DNA of 63,828 nt, the filler included, from Octopus bimaculoides (lineage: Eukaryota), in the NCBI RefSeq assembly GCF_001194135.2. It is 7 parts of 6 records of this genome, joined end to end, with 100 filler letters (N's around TTAATTAATTAA, not from the genome) between each part and the next. Parts side by side here need not be neighbours in the genome. Positions count along the whole stretch, not along the records: positions 4,531 to 12,388 come from NC_068994.1; positions 12,489 to 17,228 come from NC_068986.1; positions 17,329 to 35,192 come from NC_068981.1; 4 more parts are not named here. One strand, 5' to 3'. Numbering within the stretch: the first letter of the stretch is position 1; every line of letters starts with the position of its first letter. The notes under the pieces were generated by a model. That model worked only from the letters and a program-made list of their open reading frames with translations, was not told the DNA's origin and did not search any database. Shown piece by piece: positions 11,232 to 23,256 of the stretch. A program made the position numbers and the translations under genes.

Positions 11232-11796
11232 AAACGTTAGAAGGGGACAGCGGGGAAAGTGTTGCTCCTGATACAAATCAAGCCAAGGAGTTCTGGAACG
11301 GATTATGGGGAAACAATGCGGAGCATAAAAGGGATGCAACAGAATTACAAGAAGGAAAAAAACAAAGGATTATTGTCATAAGCACGGTTGACGTGAAAGA
11401 ACAAGTGGGTAAAGTGCCTAACTGGAAAACCCTCGGACCAGATGGGATTCATGGCTTTTGGCTGAAGAGATGACACGCGATGCATGAATGGACTAGCATG
11501 CTAAATACAACCCTCTTAAGTACGAAATGAAGGAAATGAAGACAGTGAAGATAGTACCAATTATTGTTGGGTCCTTGGGAACAATATCAAAAGGCATAAA
11601 GGGGAATATAAGGGGAATTGGAATAGAGTGTCCAGTGGAACTGTTATAAAAGGTTTGCCTCCTTGGTACGGCCAGAATAATCAGGAAAGTATTAGATTGC
11701 TGAAAAGAATGGATAGCATGGTACCGTAGGCAGCAGGTAGAAAGCCCGCTATACATGCAAGACTCCAGGAGCTCCAACAACCTGTGATAAAGAGAG

Positions 11797-11858
<62 letters not shown>
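11232..11858 (+). mobile_element. R4/Dong-clade LINE, internally deleted, with (TAA)n tail
   Basis: AKEFWNGLWG...NWKTLGPDGIHGFWLKR (RT N-terminus) joined to VPIIVGSLGTI...LLGTARIIRKVL (RLE C-terminus), a 3' UTR and (TAA)n at ~11797-11858. Confidence 0.85.
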
Positions 11859-11859
<1 letters not shown>

Positions 11860-11860
<1 letters not shown>

Positions 11861-12360
11861 GCCCACAAACCTGAAGGCATTGTCGAAAATAGAAATGCAA
11901 AGATGCTATGGGATTTTATGATTCAGTGCGACCATGAGATAGAGAATAAGAAGCCAGACATAGTCTTAATTGAGAAAGAAAGCAAACTACGCTGGTTCAT
12001 AGATACAGCATGCCCAGCTGACAACAAGGTATGCGATAAGGAAGAAAGAAAAGTCGAGAGATATGACAGGTTAGCTTGGGAAGTTAAGCAGTTGTAGTCA
12101 ATGAAAAAGGTAGCAGTAATACCAATAATTGTCGGATTCCTGGGAGCAGTGAGCAAAAATCTCGAGAAGTACGTGGAACAAATAGGGACTGCAATAAGGG
12201 TGGAACACTTGCAGAAAACAGCACTGCTTGGAACCGCTCGAATACTCCGGAAGGTGCTCGAACAATAAGAGGTGTTACCTTAGTTCACTGGTAGTTAACA
12301 GCTGACACTGTATTACATCTCCAGCGTTAGAAGCTGTGCAAAGGCAATAATAATAATAAT
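11860..12360 (+). mobile_element. R4/Dong-clade LINE, 5'-truncated (RLE endonuclease + 3' UTR + (TAA)n)
   Basis: HKPEGIVEN...LWDFMIQCDHEIENKKPDIVLIEKE...IDTACP...LLGTARILRKVLE; PD-(D/E)xK-type RLE motif; starts right after the previous element's TAA tail. Confidence 0.9.
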
Positions 12361-12388
12361 GTTTCCTTTAATCTATTTTGAATTGGCT

Positions 12389-12488
12389 NNNNNNNNNNNN
12401 NNNNNNNNNNNNNNNNNNNNNNNNNNNNNNNNTTAATTAATTAANNNNNNNNNNNNNNNNNNNNNNNNNNNNNNNNNNNNNNNNNNNN
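12389..12488. other. Artificial scaffold spacer 44N-TTAATTAATTAA-44N
   Basis: 12-mer at 12433-12444. Confidence 0.95.
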
Positions 12489-13441
12489 TGATCCCAAACG
12501 TGTGGTTTCAAATCACGAATATAGTTAAATCACTTTAAATGCATTTTAAATAATATTTGGATTTCTATTTTTCAATACAACAGTAGTTCTAAATCACGCT
12601 TTTATATTTAATAATGGTATCAATCTGATAAAAAATTAGTATTTTTGGAAAAAAACAAAAACCGATATCATTTGTTGGAGGAACGTGTGGTTCGTATTAT
12701 TAACAAGCTTTAGATAACCAGCTTAAAGTAACAGAAGGAAAAACATTTCACACTCGTATTGCAGAAATATCGATTGAAAATAATAGTCAAATTAAGGAAA
12801 ATTTTTCACAATGTTTACAGACGAAAATTATCAGTTCAATGATGACAGCGGAAAATATTGAATAATTTACTGCTAGAAATAACTATTTTCGAAAAATAAA
12901 ATTTAAGATATGAGTTTAGTGTTGTGTATTGTAGTTTAGGTATAGTGTTATGATATTCTCCAACTATTTTATTTTGTTTCTCAATAATAACCATTATTGC
13001 TGACGTAGAATGAAGTCGAAAGTTTTAAAGAACATAGCATCGTCGGCTTAAAGCAACTCAGTACTTGACTTGAATATTGTATCGACTTTGAAAGTATGAA
13101 AGCATCAACCTGGTTGGAACTTGAAACCTTGAGATTCATAGGGTGTAATACCTTCTCTTTGGCTAATTTTCTTTTGAATTGCGGTATATACTAGAAATAT
13201 ATTTGTACGTCTGTTTGTTTTGCAATTGCCCTTTTGTACTCAACCCAAAATTAATAACCACACTTGACTTTCACTCCTACTCTCCTATTTCGTTTAAAAT
13301 GCTGCTTACTGCATATTTTTGCTACTCCACATCCTCACTTCGATTCTTCTGGCATAACTCCTTTTACACTCTACTGATGCTATCCTCTCTCCATCCATCT
13401 TGCTATTTTACCCGTTTCTGCATTTATCTGTATGTTTTTTT

Positions 13442-13475
<34 letters not shown>

Positions 13476-13881
13476 CGCTCAAAAAGGCCTAGTGAGTTAA
13501 ATATTAGAATGTGAGCATTCATGCACTTGAAAACAAAAATTCCTGCAACTTTGTTTGAGCCATCTATTGAGGATTAAATTTGCCGAGGTGCCAGTCACAT
13601 TGGACGCCGCATCTCTTTTTATGCCCAGTAATTGTATATAGCGAGACAGCGTTATAATTTTATATAATGTATATAAAATATAAGGGCTTTGAAAATATTT
13701 AGCTAAAGCATGTTTTAATGTGAGGTAACAAAAGCTGATTTTAACTTATGATGAATACTAATGTCACTAGCATGAACGAAAGGTATGTACCAGTATGTGT
13801 TATCCTAACTGACGCTTTTTCGCTAGCTGCAGGCTTGACAAGGAATTAGGGAGAGAATGGGAAATTAATAAAACATGATAG

Positions 13882-14270
13882 TCTTTTAGTCTCTTATAGT
13901 CTTTTAACTGTTTCAGTCATTTGACTGCGGCCATGCTGGAGCACCGCCTTTAGTCGAGCAAATCGACCCCAGGACTTATTCTTTGTAAGCCTAGTACTTA
14001 TTCTATCGGTCTCTTTTGCCGAACCGCTATGTTACGGGAACGCAAACACACCACCATCGGTTGTCAAGCGATGTTGGGAGGACAAGCACAGACGCACAAA
14101 CATATACACACACATATATATACATATATACAACAGGGTTCTTTCAGTTTCCTTCTACCAAATCCACTCACAAGGCTTTGGTCGGCCCGAGACTATAGTA
14201 GAAGACACTTGCCCAAGGTGCCACACAGTGGGAATGAACCCGGAACCATGTGGTTGGTAAGCAAGCCACA
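13882..14270 (-). mobile_element. SINE family A, near full length
   Basis: Tail, internal (CA/TA) run and head all align to 3966-4380 in reverse orientation. Confidence 0.9.
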
Positions 14271-14760
14271 CAATATAAGACATACTCACGGGATTATTTT
14301 CCATTGGAGAAACTTATATGTAATGACCAAAATAAATATTACAAGAGTTCCAGAATACTTGAATATGTAGTAAAACGTATTTCAAACAATAACTTTTCAC
14401 CAACTAAAATGTCTATTATTACTAATTTGGATGGTTTTCCATAAGAGTTATATGTGTATGTGTGTACGTACCTATATATGCATATATACTTATCTCTATA
14501 ATTATATAAAACACATCGTTTTCTCTTGGGATGGCAGCTGTTATAAGGATGATAATCTAGCAGTTTTGCATCAATAACGTTGTCGATTATCAATTACTAA
14601 AAACCAATATAAGGTACACTGTATTCCCGATGACAGCTTTCATGACAGATTTTCTGCAAAATAAATACAACTTACTTTTGTTGGACAAACTAATTTATCA
14701 CGAATTCTTCAGCAGTGTAAGTATATTTTGCTACTATTCAGACTGATATATTTTTCCACA

Positions 14761-14803
<43 letters not shown>

Positions 14804-15749
14804 NNNNNNNNNNNNNNNNNNNNNNNNNNNNNNNNNNNNNNNNNNNNNNNNNNNNNNNNNNNNNNNNNNNNNNNNNNNNNNNNNNNNNNNNNNNNNNNNN
14901 NNNTAATAAAAGAAATGTATCTATCTATCTATCCATCTATCTATCTATCTATCGTTCTATCTGCCTGTCTGTCTGTCTGTGTGTCTGTCTGTGTGTCTGT
15001 CTGTATCTCTCTCTCTCTCTATATATATATATATACTGTCTATCTCTTTCTCTCTCTCCCCCTCTCTCTCTCTCCCTCTTTCTATGTATCTATCTATCTG
15101 CCCATCTCTCAATGTATCTATATACCTATGCTAACGCTCACACACAGGCGTGCATGCACACACACATAGAGCAAATCTATTTTAGATTCTCAAACGTTTG
15201 AAAACCGAAATAAACAGTAAGCGTCTTTTGCAATAATAGCTTCTGTCCGCAGACATCATATATTCTGTAACTTAACAAAACTCTATGAAGTAATTCTTTT
15301 ATCTTAAATTACTAAATCGTTCATTAGTTATGGTAAAGCTAACGAAATACTGTTAAAAAGTTTCCTTGGAAACACTTGTGAAATTCAGGCAGTTATGAAT
15401 ACAAATTCATATATAAACCTATAGCGATTAAATACTTAAAGTATATTTAGAGATGTTTTAAGCATTAAATCTTCCCCATATCTGTAATGTTCCTTCCCTA
15501 TATATGTAATGCTAAAAGTTTTATCGCACATCATCCGGCATTGTAATTCTTATAAATTTTATGATTTCACCTTCCTTTATTTGAGCTTACTTATAAACGT
15601 ATAAACGGTAGAGCTTACTTATAAACGTATTAAATAGATAGCTTCCCCTCATGAATCACACTTGCTAGCATCAACTCATCAAATGTGCGAACCTTGTAAT
15701 ATACTTCTCCGTGTTCTGTTTTAGCACCCTCATGTCCGCTACGCAAGAC

Positions 15750-16010
15750 GTGTTTCTTAACTACGACCAACTTCATTGTGCATCCAGAAACCTCATATAT
15801 ATTAAAACATTTATTAATAGAGAAACCAACATGTAGCTACAAGTAGGAATCTACGTACATAAGACCAACGGGCACTCCTAACATATTTCGATTCAACAGG
15901 ATACCTCTTGAATTTCTTCTATATTTGTAGAATCGCCCTCGGATCACGACTAAATGTTCACATGGAAGCACAAAGTAATAACTCCTTACTTATTGGAACA
16001 TATCTTCGAA
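15750..16010 (+). mobile_element. Highly decayed Penelope-like GIY-YIG endonuclease fragment
   Basis: LHCASRNLIYIKT (15771-15810) and SRLNVH (15944-15961) resemble PLE motifs; frameshifted. Confidence 0.4.
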
Positions 16011-16142
16011 AATGCTCTATGCTCTTTATCATCGCGCACATGATTAGTGTATCAACACTTTTGTCTAAGCATGCATGGATATTTACTAATGTCCTACTTC
16101 CCTCCTCACTGTATGCTCAAAATCTGTGTATGCGCGTGTATG

Positions 16143-16215
<73 letters not shown>

Positions 16216-16291
16216 GTGTATGTGTGTGTGTGTATGCATATACAAAAAGGTTAGAGAATATATATATGTTAGTGTATGTAGATATATATAT

Positions 16292-16610
16292 AAAACCAAC
16301 TTCACTTATACTTCCGAGAATCTAATATATGTTGTGAACATAACTATATAGGACTGTCAAGACGTATCCTGTTGAATATGACATTAAGACGGAGAGCCAC
16401 AATAAATAAGGAACAGATCCGGTTACCGCAATACAGAAAGATTACTTTGAGTGGACACATAGAGAGATCTGCAGGTAATATTCAACCAAACTTCACAGTT
16501 TTCCCCATCAACCTGTTCAAAGAATCAATTTCTATACAAGAACGTTTAAATAAAGAAAATGTGTTCCTCGAAAAATAGAGAACACGTCTAAATATGAACG
16601 CATGACCAAC
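16292..16610 (+). mobile_element. Penelope-like element GIY-YIG endonuclease C-terminus (pseudogene)
   Basis: TNFTYTSENLIYVV, then YIG (tat ata gga 16345-16353) in another frame, then MTLRRRATINKEQIRLPQYRKITLSGHIE...QERLNKENVFLEK. Confidence 0.75.
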
Positions 16611-16799
16611 TTTGGTCTCAGTATATATTTTAATTCATGATCTCATACCCATCACTGTACATATTTTATGACACTACTTTAGCTTTGGGATTTTTGTGTA
16701 TATTTATTCCCTCCCAAAAGATGAACAATTACCTCCCCTGTCCGCAATAATAACGATCACCAGTTACATCCCATTAGATTTTTCTGCATCATAAGTTTC

Positions 16800-16854
16800 T
16801 CCACATTTATGAGCTGAAATCTTATGGGCTGAAATCTTCTTAAGAAAATGTGGA
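16800..16854 (+). ncRNA. Decayed hammerhead-ribozyme-like motif in PLE 3' region
   Basis: 9-bp inverted repeat tccacattt/aaatgtgga encloses ATGA-gc...gc-tGAAA; the CTG of CUGAUGA is missing. Confidence 0.4.
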
Positions 16855-16907
16855 ATTAAAATAATTTCAATGTTTTCATTAGCGAAAGTGAAACCGGTCG
16901 ACATCTA

Positions 16908-16974
16908 TCTATATATATAAAAATGAGAATGTGTGTGTGTATGTGTGTCTGTCTGTCTGTCTGTCTGTCTGTCG

Positions 16975-17024
<50 letters not shown>

Positions 17025-17228
17025 GTGAATCCCTAAAACTCGAGAACTACGCAACCAATTTCATTCAAATTTTACACATGCCTTACTTAGGGTTCCAGTT
17101 GTGTTTTAGTCAAAAAAGATTATTAACTCCTTGCAGAGTTCGAGCACACGGCAACATAATATCTCCTCCACTATTTAAGTATTACGTGTCAAAAGTGAAA
17201 CAAAAACACTCATGTCAAATACTTTCAC
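16908..17228 (+). mobile_element. Helitron 5' terminus with (CTGT)n microsatellite
   Basis: A|TCTATATATATAAAAATGAG start after host A, then (GTCT)n; typical Helitron 5' architecture. Confidence 0.65.
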
Positions 17229-17328
17229 NNNNNNNNNNNNNNNNNNNNNNNNNNNNNNNNNNNNNNNNNNNNTTAATTAATTAANNNNNNNNNNNNNNNN
17301 NNNNNNNNNNNNNNNNNNNNNNNNNNNN
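17229..17328. other. Artificial scaffold spacer 44N-TTAATTAATTAA-44N
   Basis: 12-mer at 17273-17284. Confidence 0.95.
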
Positions 17329-18051
17329 ATACGCACGCGGATACACATGGACGAAGTCTCATTTTGGGAGTATATTAAAGAATTTATTATTTTGGAATGA
17401 AGAACACAAATATAGGTGCTGAGCCAGTGACTAAACTTGTAGAATTTTGTTGGGATTAATCCAATGAATTGACAGCAAGGTATGTAAGAAGTACTTTTCT
17501 GAAACGAAATTTCTGTGTACTGTCCTGTCCCACGCGCATTCACACTAACACTTTCACACAAAGGTTGGTTGATAATAAACATAAAAATTTGGTAATTATT
17601 TACAATAACACCATATTCGCTAAATACTAACACTGACTGTAACCCTAAACCATAAATTTGTTTACATCAGGGCCAGCGCTAAGCCCCTGCAACCCCTGCG
17701 GTCTCAGAGAGTCTCCGCGAAGAACTGGAATTACTATAATGTAAAACTTAAAATTCGATGTTACACACAACTTATGTAATTTTCAGAAGAAAAAAAAACA
17801 GTAAGGTTTCTAAATAACGAAAGGTCTTCATACGGACGCACCACGGTGATAACTCTTGTTACATTGATATAACTCATTCGTTCATTCGGTCCTTTAGGCA
17901 ATATACACTGTAGGATATCTTTCAATTTATGCGATAAACTTTATAAATTTTAAAGATCAATATTCCCGTGACATAAGTATGAGATATCGACATGAGTTTT
18001 TCAAATAATTGTTTGTGGAATGGACCTAATAAAATTAGCTAGAGTACACTC

Positions 18052-18381
18052 GATATTTCATATTCAAATCCGATGTGACTATTCCTATTTGGATAAGGAT
18101 TAGAAAATTTTATATCTTGATAAACTTCCAATATATATTTTGGATATTTTTGAACAATTCACCTTATTAACACTTGATATTTCACATTTAAGTCCGATGT
18201 GAGTATTTATTCTTTGATATGGATTGAAAAATATTATATGCTGATAACTTACATTACCTATTTTTAATATTTTTGGAACAACTCGACTTATTAACACTGG
18301 ATATTTCAATTTCAAATCAGAAGTGAGTAATTATACTTGGATAGAGATTAAAAATATTGTATGCTGATAACTAACATTACA
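18052..18381 (+). repeat. 124-bp tandem repeat, about 2.7 units
   Basis: GATATTTCA unit starts at 18052, 18176 and 18300 (spacing 124); units align by eye. Confidence 0.85.
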
Positions 18382-18404
18382 TACTAGCCGGCAGGGGCTG
18401 CGAA

Positions 18405-20254
18405 AAATTGAAGTCGGCAATAGGTGGATTGTGCCGTATTGTCCCCTTCTATCAAAGATTTTCAAAGCGAACAAGAGGTCAGACATGGCTGTTTTTGGAT
18501 TTCAGGAGGTAAACAAAAATGATGAACTGACATGCTACCAGATGGCACGCCACATTAGCAGCAATGAAGCAGCCGGAAAACTGTTTAACTTTCCGCTGCA
18601 TGAACGGTATCCAACTGTTATCCATCTAGCTACACATCTAGAGAATGGCCAAAGAGTCTACTTTAATCCAGACAATCCACAATGACTCCACCAGCAACTT
18701 GAAGCTCCACGTTCAACAACATTGCCCGCTTTTTTTTTTTGAGCTTTGTGGCACAGATCCGTTTGCTTCCACTCTCTCGTACCAAGAAGTCCCTCAATAT
18801 TACACATGGCTTACCAGATCCAATAAGAGGACAGCACAGAACAGACCAGGAAATTTTATGGGAGACATCCTATAACATCAATAATCTCAATGAGTATGTG
18901 ACTGAGAATGAGCCAAAGCTTTTGACTGAACAACGGACAGCTTGAAATTGCATTATTCGAATGACTTAAGAGCATAAGGGTGGCCTATTCTTTTGAGATG
19001 CTCCTGCGGGCACTGGCAAGACGTTTTTGGTCAACTTTTTGTTAGCAAAAGTCCGTCTAGATGGGTGCATTTCATTGGCGGTAGCATCTTCTGGAATCGC
19101 AGCAACTCTCTTGACAGGTGGTCTAACAGTTCATTCTACTTTCAAGCTTCCCTTGAATTTAGTTAGCACAGAGACTCCAATTTGCAACATCTCTAAGACA
19201 TCAGCATAGGCCAAGGTCTTGCAGCAGATGTGCTTGATTGTCATCGATGAATGCACCATGTCTCACCGTGGAGCACTTGTAGCTGTTGACCGTAGCCTAA
19301 TAGATTTGAGAGGAAAGGACATTCTCATGGGTGGTATCACTGTAGTTTTGGCTGGGGATTTCAGACAAATTCTTCCTGTGGTCCAAAAAGGCACAAAAGT
19401 AGATGAACTAAAGACCCGTCTCAAGCAATCCTATCTGTGGAGGGAAGTGAACAAAAGTGCACCTGACAGTTAACATGAGGACCCTATTATTTGGTGGTCA
19501 AACTGCTGGGCTGTTTTCACGCGAGCTTTTGCACATAGGGAATGGGCAACTACCTTATGTCCACCAAATGCAACAACACAAGCTACCCTATGGTGAGATG
19601 GTACCAACTATCAATAATCTCAAAATGCATGTTTCCAAACATTCCATAAAGTTTAGCAACAGTCAATGGCTAATGATGCTGTCGACAAAACCAATTGGGA
19701 TCTCTTGCAGCTGTTGCCAGGACAAGAACAGTCTTTCAAATCCATCGACACTGTCATTGATCAGGACCAAGCTGTAGTTTCTCTAACTGAGTTCCTGAAC
19801 TCTCTACAGCCATATGGGATGCCACCTCACAACTTAACACTTAAAAATGGAGCTCCATTCATGCTGCTCAGGAATCTGGATCCACCTCACCTGTGCAATG
19901 GCACCAGACTGGTGCTGAAAGCGATGTCACCCCTGTCCTAGAAGCAGAAATTATCACTGAAAAATATAAGAGTGGGGATGCCTTCATTCCACGATCCCGT
20001 TAATCCCAATGGACCTCCCCTTTGAATTTAAACGGTTCCAGTTCCCAGTGAAACTAAGTTTTGCTATGTCGATAAACAAATCTCAAGGTCAATCTCTCAA
20101 GGTTGTTGGACTTAACCTTCCTTCTCCTTGCTTCTCTAATGATCAATTATATGTAAGATGTTCACGAATTAGAAATCCCAAAACTCTTTTTATTTGCATC
20201 CCAGTTAAAATACACGCTGAAAAAAATGGTATATTTGAAGTTCTACAAAATTAA
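18405..20254 (+). pseudogene. Helitron Rep C-terminus / PIF1-family helicase, disrupted
   Basis: NRWIVPYCP, SDMAVFG, HLENGQRVYF (Rep); DAPAGTGKTF, AVASSGIAATLL, IDECTM, GDFRQILPVV, LLRNLDPPHLCNGTRL, FAMSINKSQGQSL (PIF1); many stops and frameshifts. Confidence 0.93.
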
Positions 20255-20380
20255 ACTGTGATTGATTTCAGTATTTGGTTTAATAACTTTATTTATACTC
20301 ACGTCATCTGATGGATTTTTTCTGAAAATATATTTTTTATCAGAATAATATATCTATTTCCTCTAACATTCTTTAAACTT

Positions 20381-20408
20381 CCGAGCAACGCCGGTTACTT
20401 AGGCTAGT
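20381..20408 (+). mobile_element. Helitron 3' terminus (hairpin + CTAG|T)
   Basis: ccgagcaacgccgg hairpin (20381-20394), CTAG at 20404-20407, then host T. Confidence 0.8.
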
Positions 20409-21661
20409 TATGTATAAAATCATCTATTGTTAATCAGTATACGAACTTACAAACAAAGTTTTGCAGGACCTTCAAGACTGCATGATCAACAACTTTAAAT
20501 GTATTTACGTTAGTTTTTTGGTTCAATTGTCCTGAATAAACATAATAAATTATTAAATGAGAGAACACGGAATATGGAAATACACACTTACAAACATACA
20601 CATACACACACCCACACACTCATTGACTCACTCACTCACTCACAAACACACATTACCAAAATCCTAATGGCGAAATAACGGAAGGCAGAAAATATGCTCG
20701 ATGGTTTATCCTCAAACTGGAAACCCGGGACAAAAACTTGCTTACAACAGAGTGAAATCCGCTCAAGAAATTCAAGAGATATAAGGTGGTGTTAAACCAT
20801 ACGAAAGATGCTGTCTACCACCAAGGAGTAGGTCCAGCTCACAAGACAAACTTCCAAGTAGTTTTTGTGTATCTAATTTCAATTTCAACGTTCGGATCAA
20901 TTTGAGGATACGACGCAAAACACGTCTAAAGTGCCGCGTGGGAGCGAACACGGTACCACGTGGTTATAAAGCAAACCCTAACCACTTAACCATACTTTTT
21001 TCTCAAAATGATATTGTGTGCCATTTATGCCTTCCTCGAAACATCCACCAGCGCTGTAAATTAATGAGATTATGTTTGTGGATTGAAACTGAATTTTACT
21101 TCACCACACTATACCGTAATACATCATATAAACAGCCATTATTGTAAACTAATTCAATACGATTCGGATTTTTTTAGTCCGTGTAGTTGATACGGTAAAT
21201 TATTGAAAGATTATTTGTCTTAATGTTGTCTTTTCCGCGCCGCATAAATATTCAGTCATCAAACAGACATAATGACGTGAATTCATTTCGCACTCTTTGA
21301 TCGTGTATGACGTAATCAACAAGCTGAATGGAAATGACAATACGTTTCAAATCTTATCAAAACAAGAAGAAAAATGAAGGAACTGCACGAAGGAGTCTAA
21401 TCATAACCAACTAACGAAACTTCCCGTAATCATATCTGGGCAGCTTGCTTTGATAGAAGTATAAGACTATGTCAATGGAAGTATATACAGATGCATATCG
21501 CGAGATAATGTTTATGACGAATGCCTACTACACTTACTCACTTCACACTTAGCATGTAGGGGACCTGAAGTCCAATAAGTCAAGTATTATTTTAAAACAG
21601 GAAGCTGACGCATTTGTCTCTTTTTGGATTGGGAAATACGACTGTATGCAATAAAGTATTA

Positions 21662-21696
<35 letters not shown>

Positions 21697-22370
21697 TTGT
21701 AATATATGAACGTGCGAAAAAATATCTAAAAGATACAACAGCCTGCTATATAAATTATCTAAATTTCAACTCTGGAAATTTCTCAGTATCCGGTTGTCTT
21801 TGATTTGCTTCTTTTCTCTCCCCTCTCCCGCTCACATGCCTATTAAAAGAAGCTGATTCGATTAAGTGATGTTTGATTCCAGAACACTTAAAGAAATTTT
21901 GATGATTCTTTACAAGACCAGGAAACAATATTTTCATGACAATATTTATCAGAATATTGAATTTCAAATATCAGACACCAACTTAACTGGGGGCTAAGAT
22001 CTCTTTTTATCTCTAAATCAAAAATTACAGAATCAACAAATGTAATAGAAGTGGCAATGCTGTTTAAGCCTAGAAGTATCATTTTATTTGGAAGTCGGGC
22101 CTTTTTTTAATGCAAGCACCGTTACTTAAACATTCTTATATGTGGGTGTGTGCGTATACATAATTTATATAGAGAGAGCACGTATATGTCTTACTACTAA
22201 ATATGTATGCTTTTAGAAAATTTATTCTATATTGAGCAATTTCATATAAATTTTCTTCATATAACAGTTTCTTCTGATTAAGTACAAAAATGTCAGTTTT
22301 TCTCTACATTTATCCATTCCAAGCAGTCATAAATTCAACCTCGTGACAGCTGGCCACAAAAGTGTTCCGT

Positions 22371-22432
22371 ATTTTTACGCTGCCTGATGAGAGATGTTGT
22401 TCTCAAAACAGAAAGTTCTGCAGACGAAAAAT
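22371..22432 (+). ncRNA. Decayed type-I hammerhead-like motif
   Basis: CTGATGA 22384-22390, stem II gaga/tctc, AAAAC in place of GAAAC, bulged 12-bp stem I. Confidence 0.4.
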
Positions 22433-23224
22433 TTTTACGGGGTAAGATCATGCATTGTATCAGAAGTTAGTTCTTTCTGTAATAATATATTGCAAATGCC
22501 TGATTGAAACGAAACCACAGAAACTTGGATACATTGCTTATTAGAAGTACGTTCTCCTAGCCACAAAAGGTGCTTTAAATCATCGGTATATACGAACTTC
22601 ACTGAAAACATGATAGTTGTAAACTTCAAGACTCAAACTGTATTTTGTTACAATAAACGTGTAAGTACGATATTTTCTCTTTGGCTAACTATGTATTTAA
22701 AACAAAGAGCCATTACAGCTCATTATAATACAGAACATGAAACAAAATTAAATATAAAAATATTAGTTGGTTGCACGACTTTATAAAGAACTCCTCTAAC
22801 AATTAGAACATTAGCTATTTAAGTTTTATTAAAAGCAAAATACAAATCAAAATTAGCATACAGATACAACAATACAACTCCCGTGAATAAATTGAAAACA
22901 ATTGCTAATTGCTGGAAATAACTAGAAGATAACAGCAATAACGTTAACAATATAATTCCAATTATATTGCAACACATTACAAAAATAATGTAACAGCAAA
23001 AAAAAAAAAGAAAAAACATCTCGAACAACTACTTTATCAAAAAAATAAGCCTAAATTGTTCTAGAAATGGTGATGGATCTCTTTCATTTTAAACTAAACA
23101 TAAAGGACAAATAAAGAAATAGGAGAAAAAATGAAATACAGTCATATCTTCAGTATAAACATGTTTGAAAGAAAAATGTTTTCCCTATGTAGTGTGGTTA
23201 TGAAGAAAGGCTTGTTGTAAGTAC

Positions 23225-23256
<32 letters not shown>

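Noticed and set aside
18052-18381. CRISPR-like reading of this array or the 36290-36715 array
   Set aside because: Units are continuous degenerate tandem repeats with no unique spacers, no cas genes, and a eukaryotic context.
17670-18400. Short inverted match agcccctgc / gcaggggct as MITE ends
   Set aside because: Only 9 bp, not terminal, and no TSD.
21869-22020. Short ORFs on both strands at 21.8-22.1 kb
   Set aside because: No recognisable motifs or consistent splice signals.
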